Numbered from the stretch's first letter, positions 51,113 to 61,697 are shown. The stretch is DNA of 64,000 nucleotides from Candidatus Latescibacterota bacterium (GCA_965217865.1 CBDCJO010000002.1:5709439-5773438); one strand, 5' to 3'. The notes: a model not told the origin generated them from the sequence alone. A program made the numbers and translations.

Positions 51113-53490
51113 CAATCGTCAATCTTCAATTTCCTCTGACCCCGACCTCTGGCCCCTGACTTTTCACTTTGCTGTTCCATCAGCTTCCTTACCGCTTCTT
51201 TCAGCTGCTCCTTCCCGGACAGAACCGCGACCTCCCGGTTGTTGAACACAAACCCGATCTCTCCGCTCAGGTCCAACCCCTCGGCGAGATCGGACTCCTC
51301 TCGCAGGAGCTTCTTCCCCAGTTCTCCGCGCGCGGCTTCACGAATCCGCTCCGGGTCTATGCCCAGCCTTTTTGCGCCATCCTCCCAGTATGAGCTCCCG
51401 GCCTCATCGCAGCGCACCTTGAAATAGTCGAGATATCGTTCGGGATACATTGCCCTGACGACGGCCTGCCGAGCGATCTCCTCATTATCGAATCCACTGG
51501 CGGTCCCGGTTTCCCCATCTTTTTCCCTGACGATGTAGTGGAACGCAATGTCCGGTTTCCGTTTCATCCCCTCGACGACATCGAGTGCCTCCAGGGCAAT
51601 GGCACAGGCCTCGGGAGATGAGGGGGACAAATAGATGTCCAGCGCACCGGGCAAAAAAGATCGGTGAATCCGGACCGTCGATCCCGCCCTTTTCGAATCG
51701 AAAACATAATATTCACCCGAGCGATGGAACATCCGGGAAATCCTGTCGTAGTTGATGGCATCGATCACACGGGAGTCAAAGATGTACGCGGGAAGGAGCC
51801 GAATCCCATGCTTTGAAATCAGCTCCTTGCCCTCAACCGACCCGCCTTCAACCCGTCGAACCTCCGTTCCGGGAAGCAAGGCCCTCAGAAACCGAAGGGC
51901 GTCGGCTTCGCGCGAGAAGAGACTCCTCGAGTCGTAGATTAGAGTCAGCCCGATCCTGACATCCTTTCGGTAGACGCATCGTGCGGAAGGCATTCCGGCG
52001 TCCTCACACGTTCCGATGAAGCCCGGTTTGAGGCAGTCCACATCCGAGGCGCATTCGGGGATCGAAGCGCAGACCGCGGGACGACCCTTCGGAGTATACT
52101 GAGCACAGAGGGTCCGGAGAAGGGAATCGTGTTCAATCCTTCCCGGATACGATCTGTTGTTGATGAACAGCGTCGGCGATCGGTCGATCCCGAGACGGTT
52201 CGTCCGGTGGAGGTGGGACCGAAGTTCGATTTCCGGAGTCCCTGAGGAGACGCACTCAATAATCGCGATCGTGTCGATACCCGCGGCTGCCGCGGCTTCC
52301 TGCCAGGAGACATCGGGGCCCCCTCGTTTCAGGATATAGTCCCAGAATCGGTCGGGGGCTAAGTCCTGAATAGCGAGCTGACGAAGGTCCTCCGCCACCT
52401 CCTCGGCCCCGTGCAGGCTGACCAACCTCCCATTTTCATCCTCATCGACGATATAGAAGAACCGGACATCCAACCTTTCCGCCAACAGCGCTTTCACCCG
52501 ATGGACCACCTGTTCGGCTTCGGGGCAATAAGGGCACTCCCCCATTCCATAGAGATCGATTCGAACTCGCTCCTTGCCCGCAGTACGCTTCCAAAACGCC
52601 TCGATCTCTGCGGCCAATCCCGGGGCTTCATCGATCCCCGGACCCAGGTCGATCGTGGTGAACAGATTGGAGGCGATCCTGCCCCTCTCATCCGTCAGCA
52701 CATCCAAGCGGCCGATCTGACCTCCCTGACCAACAGAATGAACCACAAGAGTCTTCCCCACCTCGACGCTTTTGCATCGCCAGTCCTTGCCATGTCCCGT
52801 CACCAGAATATCGATGCCCGAAACTTCCTGCGCGACAAGGAAGGACTCCGATTCGCCAAGGTGGGATAAGACGACCAGGATATCCACATCCGGTCTCAAC
52901 TTCTGCACCCACTCCGACGCACTCCGGATCGGGTCGATCACGTCCAGACCTTCGGTCTGCTTCCGGTAGTCCCCCACCTTGACCTCAGGGTTCGTAAGCC
53001 CGATGAGGCCCACACGCACCCCCCCAACCTCCTGGATTTCGTACGCCTTCATTGCAGGAACCCCCGTCCGGGTTTCGACAAGATTGGAGGAAAGGAAAGG
53101 AATTCCGGACGCGGCCGCATGTTCCTTCAGAAACGTCAAACCGAAGGCCAATTCCTCCTCGCCCACGCAAACGGCATCGTATCCCATAGCCGCCATCGCA
53201 CGGACCGTGAGTTTCGTCCGCTCCCGGTCCAGGTCTTCTCCTTTTATGGATTCGTCGTACATCCCTCCCGCAAAGAAGCCACCTGAATCGATCAGAAGAA
53301 GGTTCGGGTTTTCATCGCGCACCTGATCCACCGCCGCCATTCGCCGGGCAAGCCCACCCCGTGATCCTTCAGGGAGTTCTGCAGGATCGAGCGTGGCATA
53401 CGTGTCACCCGTGAACAGAATCGTAACCGTCCTCGATTCCGCCTGGCTTACGGACGCGAGTGTGAGCATAAAGAAAATTCCCGGTATCAT
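51112..53490 (-). CDS. Exported UshA-like metallophosphoesterase fused to thioredoxin/GILT-like domains
   Basis: Signal peptide; GDT, DSG, LSHLG and GH motifs; CPYC; Cys-rich linker. Confidence 0.75.
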   Translation of the reverse strand: MIPGIFFMLTLASVSQAESRTVTILFTGDTYATLDPAELPEGSRGGLARRMAAVDQVRDENPNLLLIDSGGFFAGGMYDESIKGEDLDRERTKLTVRAMAAMGYDAVCVGEEELAFGLTFLKEHAAASGIPFLSSNLVETRTGVPAMKAYEIQEVGGVRVGLIGLTNPEVKVGDYRKQTEGLDVIDPIRSASEWVQKLRPDVDILVVLSHLGESESFLVAQEVSGIDILVTGHGKDWRCKSVEVGKTLVVHSVGQGGQIGRLDVLTDERGRIASNLFTTIDLGPGIDEAPGLAAEIEAFWKRTAGKERVRIDLYGMGECPYCPEAEQVVHRVKALLAERLDVRFFYIVDEDENGRLVSLHGAEEVAEDLRQLAIQDLAPDRFWDYILKRGGPDVSWQEAAAAAGIDTIAIIECVSSGTPEIELRSHLHRTNRLGIDRSPTLFINNRSYPGRIEHDSLLRTLCAQYTPKGRPAVCASIPECASDVDCLKPGFIGTCEDAGMPSARCVYRKDVRIGLTLIYDSRSLFSREADALRFLRALLPGTEVRRVEGGSVEGKELISKHGIRLLPAYIFDSRVIDAINYDRISRMFHRSGEYYVFDSKRAGSTVRIHRSFLPGALDIYLSPSSPEACAIALEALDVVEGMKRKPDIAFHYIVREKDGETGTASGFDNEEIARQAVVRAMYPERYLDYFKVRCDEAGSSYWEDGAKRLGIDPERIREAARGELGKKLLREESDLAEGLDLSGEIGFVFNNREVAVLSGKEQLKEAVRKLMEQQSEKSGARGRGQRKLKIDD

Positions 53491-53567
53491 CGAAAAATAC
53501 CGGGAAGCGTTGAACGTCCTATTTTGTTGAATCTTATTATTTGGGTTTTTCACTTTGCATTTTTTCC

Positions 53568-54197
53568 TCACCCTCTCCCGTCCTCTGAGAATCCTGGGAA
53601 CGGGAGAGGCCTCAGGAGGCGGATGAAATTGCGCCCGTATAAAATAGAAGATACAAAGATGCAGAAAATGGCGATGCCCAGCCCAAAAAGGCCATAGGGT
53701 CCGGGAGAAAGGAAAAAGAGGATGAAGGCCAGAGACGAGATCATCGTCGCGCCCCTTCCCCACCGGTCAGAAAGGAGGACAAGACCCCCCCGGCGGAGAT
53801 AGATTACGGCCGCCCCTGTGAAGATCGCGATGTCCTTCCCCACGATGACCCCGGCCATCCAGAACGGCAGCCCTTTGAACATCGCGCCAAAGATCGCCAG
53901 GGAGCTGATTAAGAGCTTGTCTGCCGTGGGATCCAGGATAAGACCCAGCTTCGTCTTGATGCCGTGTCGCCTTGCGACATAGCCGTCCAGGAAGTCAGTG
54001 GACAGGGCAGCCACGATCAGAGCAATGGCGACTCCCTCGTAGAAAGGCTCCCCCTGCCGCAAACACAGATAGATAGCCGGTATCGGGAGCACCCGCATCA
54101 TTGACAGAAGGTTGGGGACGGCCGTAAACTGTTTCCAGAGGCCGATCTCTTCTCCGGCTTGAGTTCCGCCCCACTGATGTTGCTGTTGAGTTTGCAC
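53568..54197 (-). CDS. pgsA: CDP-alcohol phosphatidyltransferase (PgsA-like)
   Basis: PNLLS..R and DFLDGYVARR...G..LDPTADK. Confidence 0.85.
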   Translation of the reverse strand: MQTQQQHQWGGTQAGEEIGLWKQFTAVPNLLSMMRVLPIPAIYLCLRQGEPFYEGVAIALIVAALSTDFLDGYVARRHGIKTKLGLILDPTADKLLISSLAIFGAMFKGLPFWMAGVIVGKDIAIFTGAAVIYLRRGGLVLLSDRWGRGATMISSLAFILFFLSPGPYGLFGLGIAIFCIFVSSILYGRNFIRLLRPLPFPGFSEDGRG

Positions 54198-54251
54198 GTG
54201 GAATGCCGATCGGAAACGGAAGCGTCAGGATGAAGTCACCGTCAATTCATC

Positions 54252-55952
54252 TCATGATGACTTCAACATTTCCTCCGCGTGTTGTAAAGTCAGCTTGGAT
54301 ATCCGGGCTCCCCCGATCAATTTCGCCAGTTCAGGGGCCCTTTCAGCAGCCTCAAGGAGACGGACCCTCGTCACGGTCCTCGTGTGGCGAGTCCCTTTTG
54401 ACACTGAGAAGTGACGGTCGGCCATCTTGGCGATTTGAGGAAGGTGCGTAATCGAGATCGTCTGGTACCGCTTCGACAGATTTTTCAGCTTGCGTCCCAC
54501 GACTTCCGCGATCCGGCCCGAGATCCCGATATCGATCTCATCGAAAATCAGGATCTGAACGGAATCCGCCCCGGACAAGACGCTTTTCAAAGCCAGCATG
54601 ATCCTCGAAATCTCGCCCCCGGAGGCGACCTTGACAAGAGGTCGGACCTCTTCCCCTGGATTGGTGGACAGTTTGAACTCGGCCGTGTCAATACCTCTTG
54701 GTCCGGCCTCATAACGGACTCCATCGATCTCCGCGGACCCCGAAGGGGATTCCTTTCGGGACAGATCCACTTGGAATACCGCAGGATTCATCCCCAGGTG
54801 GCTCAGGGCTTCCTGAATCGCCTCGGCCAGCCGGCCGGCCGCCGGAAAACGACGCTTGGAAAGAGAGGCGCAGAGAGTCGAATATTTTGACCGCATCTGC
54901 TCGGTCGTCTCCTCCGCCGACGCCAGATCCTCGTCCATACGATCCGAAAAGGCGAGTTCCTGCTCAAGGGACTTGAGACGGGTTATGACCTCCTCGAGCG
55001 TTCCGCCAAATTTCTTCTTGATCCCGGACAGGGCCGCGATTCGGTCCTGGACTTCGATCAACCGATCCGGATTCTCCTCGATGTTCTGGCCATAGCTCAC
55101 GAAGAAACGTCCCAGTTCCTGGATCCCGTACAAAATTGAACGGATCTCATCAATCCTGGAGGCCAGGGAGGGATCAATCCCGGATGCGTTCTCAGCGAGA
55201 TTTACAGCAGATCCCAACCGGTCCACCACGGAATCTTCGCCTTGATACAACAGATCCGCGAGATTTGAAACCCCCTCCGTTAAACGCTCGGAATTTTCAA
55301 GGACAGCGCGTTCCCGCTCCAGCCGATCATCTTCCCCAAGCTGAGGGGCGACTGCTCGTATTTCTTGGGCCTGGTAGCTATGGAATTCCCTTCTCTCCTT
55401 CAGGTCCTGCGCACGCGATCGGAGCCCCTCGAGCGATCGCTCCGATTCAACAAGGGACCGGTAGACCTTACCGGCGTGCGCAGCAAGTTCCGTCAGACCG
55501 TCAAATCCGTCCAGAAAATCCAGATGGAGATCTGTGTCGAGGAGAGACTGTTGATCGTGTTGGCCGTGAAGATCCACAAGCCGTTTCCCGACGTTCTTCA
55601 AAGCGGAAACAGGAACCGAAACGCCGTTTGCAAAGCTGCGACCCCGGCCTTCCGCTGAAATCTCGCGGCGAAGGACCAGTTCACCCTCAACGACTTCGAT
55701 TCCCATATCGGAAAGCATGGAGAGGCTTGGATGGCCGGCGGAGATTTCGAAGATCCCTTCCACGTAACACCGGTCCGCTCCCGTTCTCAAAAGGTCCGGA
55801 TTTGACCTAGCGCCCAGGAGGAGTCCAAAGGCATCGATCAGGATCGATTTTCCGGCCCCCGTCTCTCCCGTTATGATATTCAGCCCCGGACCAAATTCGA
55901 TCTCCACATCCTCGATCAGGGCGTAGTTTACGATGTGAAGGCTACGGAGCAT
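54252..55952 (-). CDS. recN: DNA repair protein RecN
   Basis: TGETGAGKS, HGQHDQ, ASGGEISR, FDEID and ITHLPQIA. Confidence 0.97.
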   Translation of the reverse strand: MLRSLHIVNYALIEDVEIEFGPGLNIITGETGAGKSILIDAFGLLLGARSNPDLLRTGADRCYVEGIFEISAGHPSLSMLSDMGIEVVEGELVLRREISAEGRGRSFANGVSVPVSALKNVGKRLVDLHGQHDQQSLLDTDLHLDFLDGFDGLTELAAHAGKVYRSLVESERSLEGLRSRAQDLKERREFHSYQAQEIRAVAPQLGEDDRLERERAVLENSERLTEGVSNLADLLYQGEDSVVDRLGSAVNLAENASGIDPSLASRIDEIRSILYGIQELGRFFVSYGQNIEENPDRLIEVQDRIAALSGIKKKFGGTLEEVITRLKSLEQELAFSDRMDEDLASAEETTEQMRSKYSTLCASLSKRRFPAAGRLAEAIQEALSHLGMNPAVFQVDLSRKESPSGSAEIDGVRYEAGPRGIDTAEFKLSTNPGEEVRPLVKVASGGEISRIMLALKSVLSGADSVQILIFDEIDIGISGRIAEVVGRKLKNLSKRYQTISITHLPQIAKMADRHFSVSKGTRHTRTVTRVRLLEAAERAPELAKLIGGARISKLTLQHAEEMLKSS

Positions 55953-56820
55953 CGGAGGGTCCTAAGTCATTCAGGCTCCAATTTAGCTTTCGTCTCAGCA
56001 ATTCGTAGAAAGAGAGCTCTTTCAAGTTGATCAGCATGACCTTGTGTTCCGCCCGGCGGACCGATACTTCATCGCCCGATCCCAGGGGAGCCGCGGTAAC
56101 ACCGTCCGTGGCCAGGATCAATTCGTTGTGGCCGGCCTGTAACCGGACGCTTATCGTCTGGTCTCCCGGCACGATCATAGGGCGCATGGCCAGCGTATGG
56201 GGACAGATGGGGGTCAGAATGATCGCATCCATGCTGGGGTGGACAACGGGTCCGCCTGCCGAAAGATTATAGGCCGTCGAACCCACCGGGGTCGCCAACA
56301 CGATCCCGTTAGCACTGAAGGCACTGACCCGCGCCTCCGCAATCCAGACTTCGATCGTGACGACCCGCGATTGTGCCCCCTTTTCTATGACCACGTCGTT
56401 CAGGGCAAAAAACGAGTGCTCCGCCTCACCGACCTTCCCCTCCAGCACCATCCGCTCTTCGATCCTGAAGCGGCCATCCAGAAGACGTTCAAGGCTCCCC
56501 TCCAATTCATCGATCCCGGCCTCCGCAAGGAAACCGAGTCGGCCCAGGTTGACCCCCAGGATAGGAGTGCCCGAAACGCCCACCGCCGCGGCCGCCCGAA
56601 GAATGGTTCCGTCGCCCCCGAAAGCGACTATGACATCCGTGCGGTCAACCATCTCCTCGCTTTTGCAGTAGTCATCGCCGTCACGGCAAACCTGTGCCAG
56701 ATCGTTGTCGATCAATACCTTCAATCCGTATTTTCGGGAAAGGTTTGAAAAGCGATCGATCTCTTTGACGACCTTCTCCCGTTCCGGATTTCCAACGATC
56801 CCGATCCGTTCTAATCGCAT
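55942..56820 (-). CDS. nadK: NAD(+) kinase
   Basis: GGDGT, GRLGFL, ND and TPVGSTAYNLSAGG. Confidence 0.96.
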   Translation of the reverse strand: MRLERIGIVGNPEREKVVKEIDRFSNLSRKYGLKVLIDNDLAQVCRDGDDYCKSEEMVDRTDVIVAFGGDGTILRAAAAVGVSGTPILGVNLGRLGFLAEAGIDELEGSLERLLDGRFRIEERMVLEGKVGEAEHSFFALNDVVIEKGAQSRVVTIEVWIAEARVSAFSANGIVLATPVGSTAYNLSAGGPVVHPSMDAIILTPICPHTLAMRPMIVPGDQTISVRLQAGHNELILATDGVTAAPLGSGDEVSVRRAEHKVMLINLKELSFYELLRRKLNWSLNDLGPSDAP

Positions 56821-56827
56821 TCGGACC

Positions 56828-57061
56828 TCACGGCTCCTCTTCATTCAGCATCTCGAGACTGAAGGATCCGTTCTCGGAGACCAGCTTTTGGACCCGCTTC
56901 CTGGCTTCATCCAGAGTCTTTCGACACACGTTGGAGGCCTTGATTCCCTTCTCGAACAGTTTCAGGGAGTCTTCGAGAGACAGGTCTCCAGCCTCAAGTT
57001 TTTTCACGACCTCTTCCAGGGATTTCAAGGAATCCTCGAAAACCGGTTGCTCCTCAGTCAT
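56828..57061 (-). CDS. xseB: Exodeoxyribonuclease VII small subunit
   Basis: FEDSL..LEEVV..LE.GDLSLEDSL..FEKG. Confidence 0.96.
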   Translation of the reverse strand: MTEEQPVFEDSLKSLEEVVKKLEAGDLSLEDSLKLFEKGIKASNVCRKTLDEARKRVQKLVSENGSFSLEMLNEEEP

Positions 57062-57101
57062 AATTCTCCGATCGGATGCGAAAAGAAAGGGATGTTCAGG
57101 C

Positions 57102-58340
57102 TCAACTCGACAAATTCATTTCTCCGGGCGACATTTTCTCTTCTACGCGACACAACGCCCCTCCCATTGCAAACCGAACCCGCACCTGCTCCCCTGTTTC
57201 GACCTCAGCGCTGTCGTGAATAATCCTGCCATCCGGCAGGCGCTGGCAGACGCTGTAACCCCGCTGAAGGATCGACAGAGGGCTTAATGTCCCGAGCATC
57301 CCGGTGAAGTCGCGGCAGCTCCGAAGCCGATCTCGCAGCCCGCCGGACATCCGGTCTCGAAGAGCAATCTCCAGGTCGTCGATCCGTTGGGCATACTGTC
57401 CCATATTGTCGGCGAATCTTCTTATGCCATAACTGGCCGTGTAGTTTGAGACGATCTGTTCGTTTTCTTCCAGGCCGTGCTCAACCGCTTCGCAAGAGCG
57501 GTCAAACAGGGAATTCACGTAGCGTTTGAGCTCAGACCCGTCCGGAACGGCCATCTCGGCGGCGGCGGAGGGTGTGGGTGCTCGGCGGTCCGCCACAAGA
57601 TCGGAAAGCGTGGTATCCACCTCGTGGCCCACGGCGGAGATCACAGGGAGCCGGGATTTGAATATTGCCCGAACGACACGTTCATCGTTGAAGGCCGACA
57701 GGTCTTCCGTCGCCCCACCGCCCCTTCCGACGATCAAAACATCCGCGCCGCCCCACGCATTAACCGCCTGGATGGCCTTCACCAATTCTCCGACCGCCCC
57801 CATCCCCTGTACGCGGGCGGGGGCAAGGACCATCTGCACCCAGGGGGCCCGACGCCACACGACCGTTGCAATATCTTGAATCGCCGCACCCGTGGGGGAG
57901 GTAATGATGCCGATGCATCCTGGAAATCCGGGAAGGGGTCTTTTGCGGCTCTCGTCGAAGAGACCTTCCGCGGCAAGTCTTTTCCGGAGTTGCTCAAGCG
58001 CAGCGGCCGCAGCGCCTGCACCCGCGGGGAAGATTTGAGACACGTAGAGCTGATGCTGTCCGCTCCTTTCGTAGACAGAGACCCGACCAAAGGCCAATAC
58101 CTGCATCCCACCCTCCGGCTCAAACGGGAGGGGTCCCTCGCCTCGGAACATCACGCACTTGATCTGAGATCTTTTGTCCTTCAGGGTGAAATAGCGGTGA
58201 CCGGAAGAGTGTTGAACATACTGCGAGATTTCACCCGCGACCCAGACAGCCGGGAGCGACCGGTCCAGGAGTTTCTTTATGAGGTTTGTGATTTCCGAGA
58301 CGGAATACGGTCGTTCGGGCAAAAGGACCTCAAACTTCAT
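57102..58340 (-). CDS. xseA: Exodeoxyribonuclease VII large subunit
   Basis: GEIS..SGH.YF.LKD, TSPTGAA, GRGGG, AVGHE.D and TPSAAAE. Confidence 0.96.
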   Translation of the reverse strand: MKFEVLLPERPYSVSEITNLIKKLLDRSLPAVWVAGEISQYVQHSSGHRYFTLKDKRSQIKCVMFRGEGPLPFEPEGGMQVLAFGRVSVYERSGQHQLYVSQIFPAGAGAAAAALEQLRKRLAAEGLFDESRKRPLPGFPGCIGIITSPTGAAIQDIATVVWRRAPWVQMVLAPARVQGMGAVGELVKAIQAVNAWGGADVLIVGRGGGATEDLSAFNDERVVRAIFKSRLPVISAVGHEVDTTLSDLVADRRAPTPSAAAEMAVPDGSELKRYVNSLFDRSCEAVEHGLEENEQIVSNYTASYGIRRFADNMGQYAQRIDDLEIALRDRMSGGLRDRLRSCRDFTGMLGTLSPLSILQRGYSVCQRLPDGRIIHDSAEVETGEQVRVRFAMGGALCRVEEKMSPGEMNLSS

Positions 58341-58459
58341 TGAATATTGAATATCGGAGAATTGAATATTTAAACAGCTAAGGACTTTCTTGTGGGCCAA
58401 TGGATCTCTTCAACAGTCGATCTTCCGTCTCGCGTCTCGTGTTTGACGTTTGACGGTCT

Positions 58460-59254
58460 TCAATTTTCAGTATCCTTAAAAGGGATTCTTAGGCGCTCGA
58501 TCTGCCTCGCCTTTCCTTCGGACTCGTCGACGTCGATGACGACACCGCATAGCTCTACCCCATCTGTAGCCACCTCCAGCCGAACCGACATCTGGGTCAA
58601 AAACCGTTGGATGGCCTCCTCCTTCTTTGCCCCGATAACCGAATCGTGTGGCCCCGTCATCCCCACATCCGTGATATAGGCGGTGCCTCCAGGAAGCACG
58701 CGTTCATCGCTCGTCTGGACGTGGGTGTGAGTGCCTACCACAGCGCTGACCCGGCCGTCCACATAGTATCCAAATGCGATTTTTTCCGAAGTCGCCTCAG
58801 CATGAAAATCGATCAAGATCGTGTGAGTCCGTCCGCGAAGCTCTTTCACGAGTTGATCCCCAACCCGGAATGGGCAGTCCAGGTCCTTCATGTGCGTTCT
58901 TCCCTGGAGGCTGATGACGCCCACGGGGACTCCCCCACGGGATTCGACAACGCAGCTTCCGGTTCCCATCACGCCCTCCGGAAAGTTGGCCGGTCTCAGG
59001 ACATCCTTTGAGCTGGCAATGAAGGGGATCGACTCTTTTCGATCCCAGACGTGATTCCCCATAGTGATGACATCGACCCCGTATGACTTGACCTTCTTTG
59101 CGAGATTTTCTGTGATTCCGTATCCTCCGGCTACGTTTTCCGAATTGACCACACAGAGATCGATCTCATGACCTTCGATCAACCGGGGGATCAGGACGGC
59201 AGCCGCCCGGCGGCCCGGCCTCCCATAAAGATCGCCTACAAAAAGGATCTTCAA
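58460..59254 (-). CDS. ymdB: YmdB/TIGR00282 metallophosphoesterase
   Basis: GD..G, EN, GNH, DFHAEATSEK and GTHTHV. Confidence 0.95.
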   Translation of the reverse strand: MKILFVGDLYGRPGRRAAAVLIPRLIEGHEIDLCVVNSENVAGGYGITENLAKKVKSYGVDVITMGNHVWDRKESIPFIASSKDVLRPANFPEGVMGTGSCVVESRGGVPVGVISLQGRTHMKDLDCPFRVGDQLVKELRGRTHTILIDFHAEATSEKIAFGYYVDGRVSAVVGTHTHVQTSDERVLPGGTAYITDVGMTGPHDSVIGAKKEEAIQRFLTQMSVRLEVATDGVELCGVVIDVDESEGKARQIERLRIPFKDTEN

Positions 59255-60894
59255 GAGGGGTTTTCCTCGATTTCGGAGGACGTTTGAGGGGGTCCGATGC
59301 CGCCACCTGGTCTGAGCTCCCGCATCGCATAATCCACCGCACGCATCTCACGTATGACCGAGATCTTAATCTGACCGGGGAAATCCATCTCTTTTTCCAC
59401 CCGATCCGAAATTTCAGACACCAGGCGATCCGTCTCCGCATCGGTCAACAGATCGCTGTCGACGATGACCCGGAGTTCACGACCCGCCTGGATGGCGTAG
59501 GCGTTCTGGACGCCTGAAAAAGAAGCCGCGATCGATTCCAGTTTTTCCATCCTTTTGATGAAGCCTTCCAAAGTCTCTTTCTGCGCACCGGGCCGGTTCG
59601 TCGATATCGTATCCGCTGCTTCCACCAGAACCACAATCGGAGATATGATCTCGGTTCCGTCCGTATGGGGTTCGATCGCGTTGATCACCACCGGAGATTC
59701 GCTGCTTTTTCTAGCCAACTCAGCCCCCGTCTCCTCTGGGGTGCCTTCAATTTCGTGCGTGACACCCTTCCCGATGTCGTGCAGAAGGCCGGCGCGCCGT
59801 GCAAGGGAGGCATCCAGGCCGAGGTGCTCCGCCATCATACCCGCTAGGAAGGCCACCTCCTTGCTGTGAACCAGGATATTTTGACCGTAGGTCGTCTCGA
59901 AGTTGAGACGTCCGAGCATCTCAACCAACCGTTCGTGAAGACCAGGAACCCCCACATCGAAAGCCGCTTGTTCCCCTGTTTCCCTGATGACCTCCTCCAT
60001 GTCCTGACGGGTCTTCTCCATCACCTCCTCAATCCGGCCCGGATGAATGCGGCCGTCCAGAATAAGCCGTTCCAGCGCCATCCGGGCGACTTCCCTGCGG
60101 ACCGGGTCAAACCCCGACAGGATGACGGCCTCGGGGGTGTCATCAACGATCACGTCGATTCCCGCTGCCATTTCGAACGCCCGAATGTTCCGTCCTTCAC
60201 GACCGATAATCCTCCCCTTCATCTCATCGGTAGGAAGGGGAACGATCGAAACAGTCGATTCCGAAACGTGCTTTTCAGCCAGCCGCTGAATCGCGCGGGT
60301 GATGATCTCCTTCGCCTCTTTATCCGCCTTGGCGACGGCTTCATCCCGAATCTCTCGAGCCTTTCCGGCTGCATTCCTGCGTGCTTCCTCCTCCAAATTC
60401 AGCATGAGTTGCGCCATGGCCTCCTCCTTGCCCATCCCCGCGATCCGTTCGAGCAAGGCATTCTGATCGGCGATCAGTGCGGTGAGGTGCTCATCCTTCC
60501 CTCGGAGTTCCTTTTCAAGGTCGGAAAGTTCTTTTTCTTTGGCCGAAGTTGCTCGGTCTTTGTTGTTGAGCAGGTCGACCTTGCGGTCCAGTTGGCGCTC
60601 CCGGGTGGCCAGCTTGAACTCGGATCTCTGCACCTCCTCACGGCGGGAATCAATCTCGCGATCCACCTTGAGGCGCTCTTTATACATCTCGTCTTTGGCC
60701 TCCAAAATCGCCGTCTTTTTGAGCGCATCGGCTTCGGAGTGCGCGTCCTGAACGATCTTTTCAGCCGACTCTTCAGCGCGCAGCATCTTGCTGTAGGTGA
60801 TCTTGCTGTTGATCAGCCACCCGGCTAAAAATCCGATGATCAGAAGCCCAGCGGACAACAGCATCACCGTAAAGGTGTTCATCGGCTCCAGCAT
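59251..60894 (-). CDS. rny: Ribonuclease Y
   Basis: N-terminal TM, coiled coil, KH domain MKGRIIGREGRNIR, HD domain LLHDIG. Confidence 0.96.
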   Translation of the reverse strand: MLEPMNTFTVMLLSAGLLIIGFLAGWLINSKITYSKMLRAEESAEKIVQDAHSEADALKKTAILEAKDEMYKERLKVDREIDSRREEVQRSEFKLATRERQLDRKVDLLNNKDRATSAKEKELSDLEKELRGKDEHLTALIADQNALLERIAGMGKEEAMAQLMLNLEEEARRNAAGKAREIRDEAVAKADKEAKEIITRAIQRLAEKHVSESTVSIVPLPTDEMKGRIIGREGRNIRAFEMAAGIDVIVDDTPEAVILSGFDPVRREVARMALERLILDGRIHPGRIEEVMEKTRQDMEEVIRETGEQAAFDVGVPGLHERLVEMLGRLNFETTYGQNILVHSKEVAFLAGMMAEHLGLDASLARRAGLLHDIGKGVTHEIEGTPEETGAELARKSSESPVVINAIEPHTDGTEIISPIVVLVEAADTISTNRPGAQKETLEGFIKRMEKLESIAASFSGVQNAYAIQAGRELRVIVDSDLLTDAETDRLVSEISDRVEKEMDFPGQIKISVIREMRAVDYAMRELRPGGGIGPPQTSSEIEENPS

Positions 60895-60962
60895 ATTCGT
60901 CTCCGGAATCAATAGGTATTAAGGGGAATGATCGCGAAAGTCCTGTTTCCTATATCCTGAAT

Positions 60963-61256
60963 TTATTCCTGCTCCGTTTCTTGGTCGAGCATGTCCGACA
61001 ATCGGGATATATTTCGGACGAGCTTCGAATCGATCGCACGGCTTGCATCTTGCTCCTTGAACAGTTCGTCGGCGATGTTCAATGCCGCCAGGATCGCAAC
61101 GCGGGTCGTGGAGCGGATCGAAGTCGCAGTCGAAATCTCCTTCATCTTTCCATCCACAAATTTGGCCACCTCCCGGACGCGATCCGGATCGACGTCAGCC
61201 TGGATGGGATACTCGGTACTGAAAATGGTTACGGTGACAGGTTTTTTTCTTTCCAT
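60963..61256 (-). CDS. zapA: Cell division protein ZapA
   Basis: V.IF..EY and AILAALNIADEL; synteny pheT-zapB-zapA-rny. Confidence 0.92.
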   Translation of the reverse strand: MERKKPVTVTIFSTEYPIQADVDPDRVREVAKFVDGKMKEISTATSIRSTTRVAILAALNIADELFKEQDASRAIDSKLVRNISRLSDMLDQETEQE

Positions 61257-61312
61257 TGAATATCAACCTATTCCCGAGCCTTATGACGGGTGATCCGTTC
61301 GGTGGTCGGTGA

Positions 61313-61594
61313 TCAGCCTGTTGACGAAACGCCTTCTTCAATTTTAATCGCATCCAGCTGTTCGAGCATCGACGCAACCTTTCTGCGGATCTCCTCCCTC
61401 CGCTGTTCGTCCGTTGAACTCAGGTCGTCGACCTTCGATTTCAGTGAATCGATCTCCGTCTTCTGCTGCTTGACTGTCTCCTCCAAATCTCGACACTGCT
61501 TCCTTAGGTCTTCCCGCTCCCCCCGAAGCAGCCCGATCGTTTCGACCGCCCGTTGGACCTGGGCTTCAAGACGTTCCATTTGATCAGTGTCCAT
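61313..61594 (-). CDS. zapB: ZapB-like coiled-coil protein
   Basis: LE..V..AVETI..L coiled coil; position before zapA. Confidence 0.75.
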   Translation of the reverse strand: MDTDQMERLEAQVQRAVETIGLLRGEREDLRKQCRDLEETVKQQKTEIDSLKSKVDDLSSTDEQRREEIRRKVASMLEQLDAIKIEEGVSSTG

Positions 61595-61697
61595 TACTCC
61601 TCCAAAAATCGACGATCATCGGTTTAGTCATTTGGGTTGCTCGCCAAGTGTGTGATGCTTTCGTCCGCAAGCCAAACGAACGAACCGCGAACCCGCG

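Noticed and set aside
60895-60962. 6S RNA expected after zapA
   Set aside because: The intergenic space is under 70 bp, too short.
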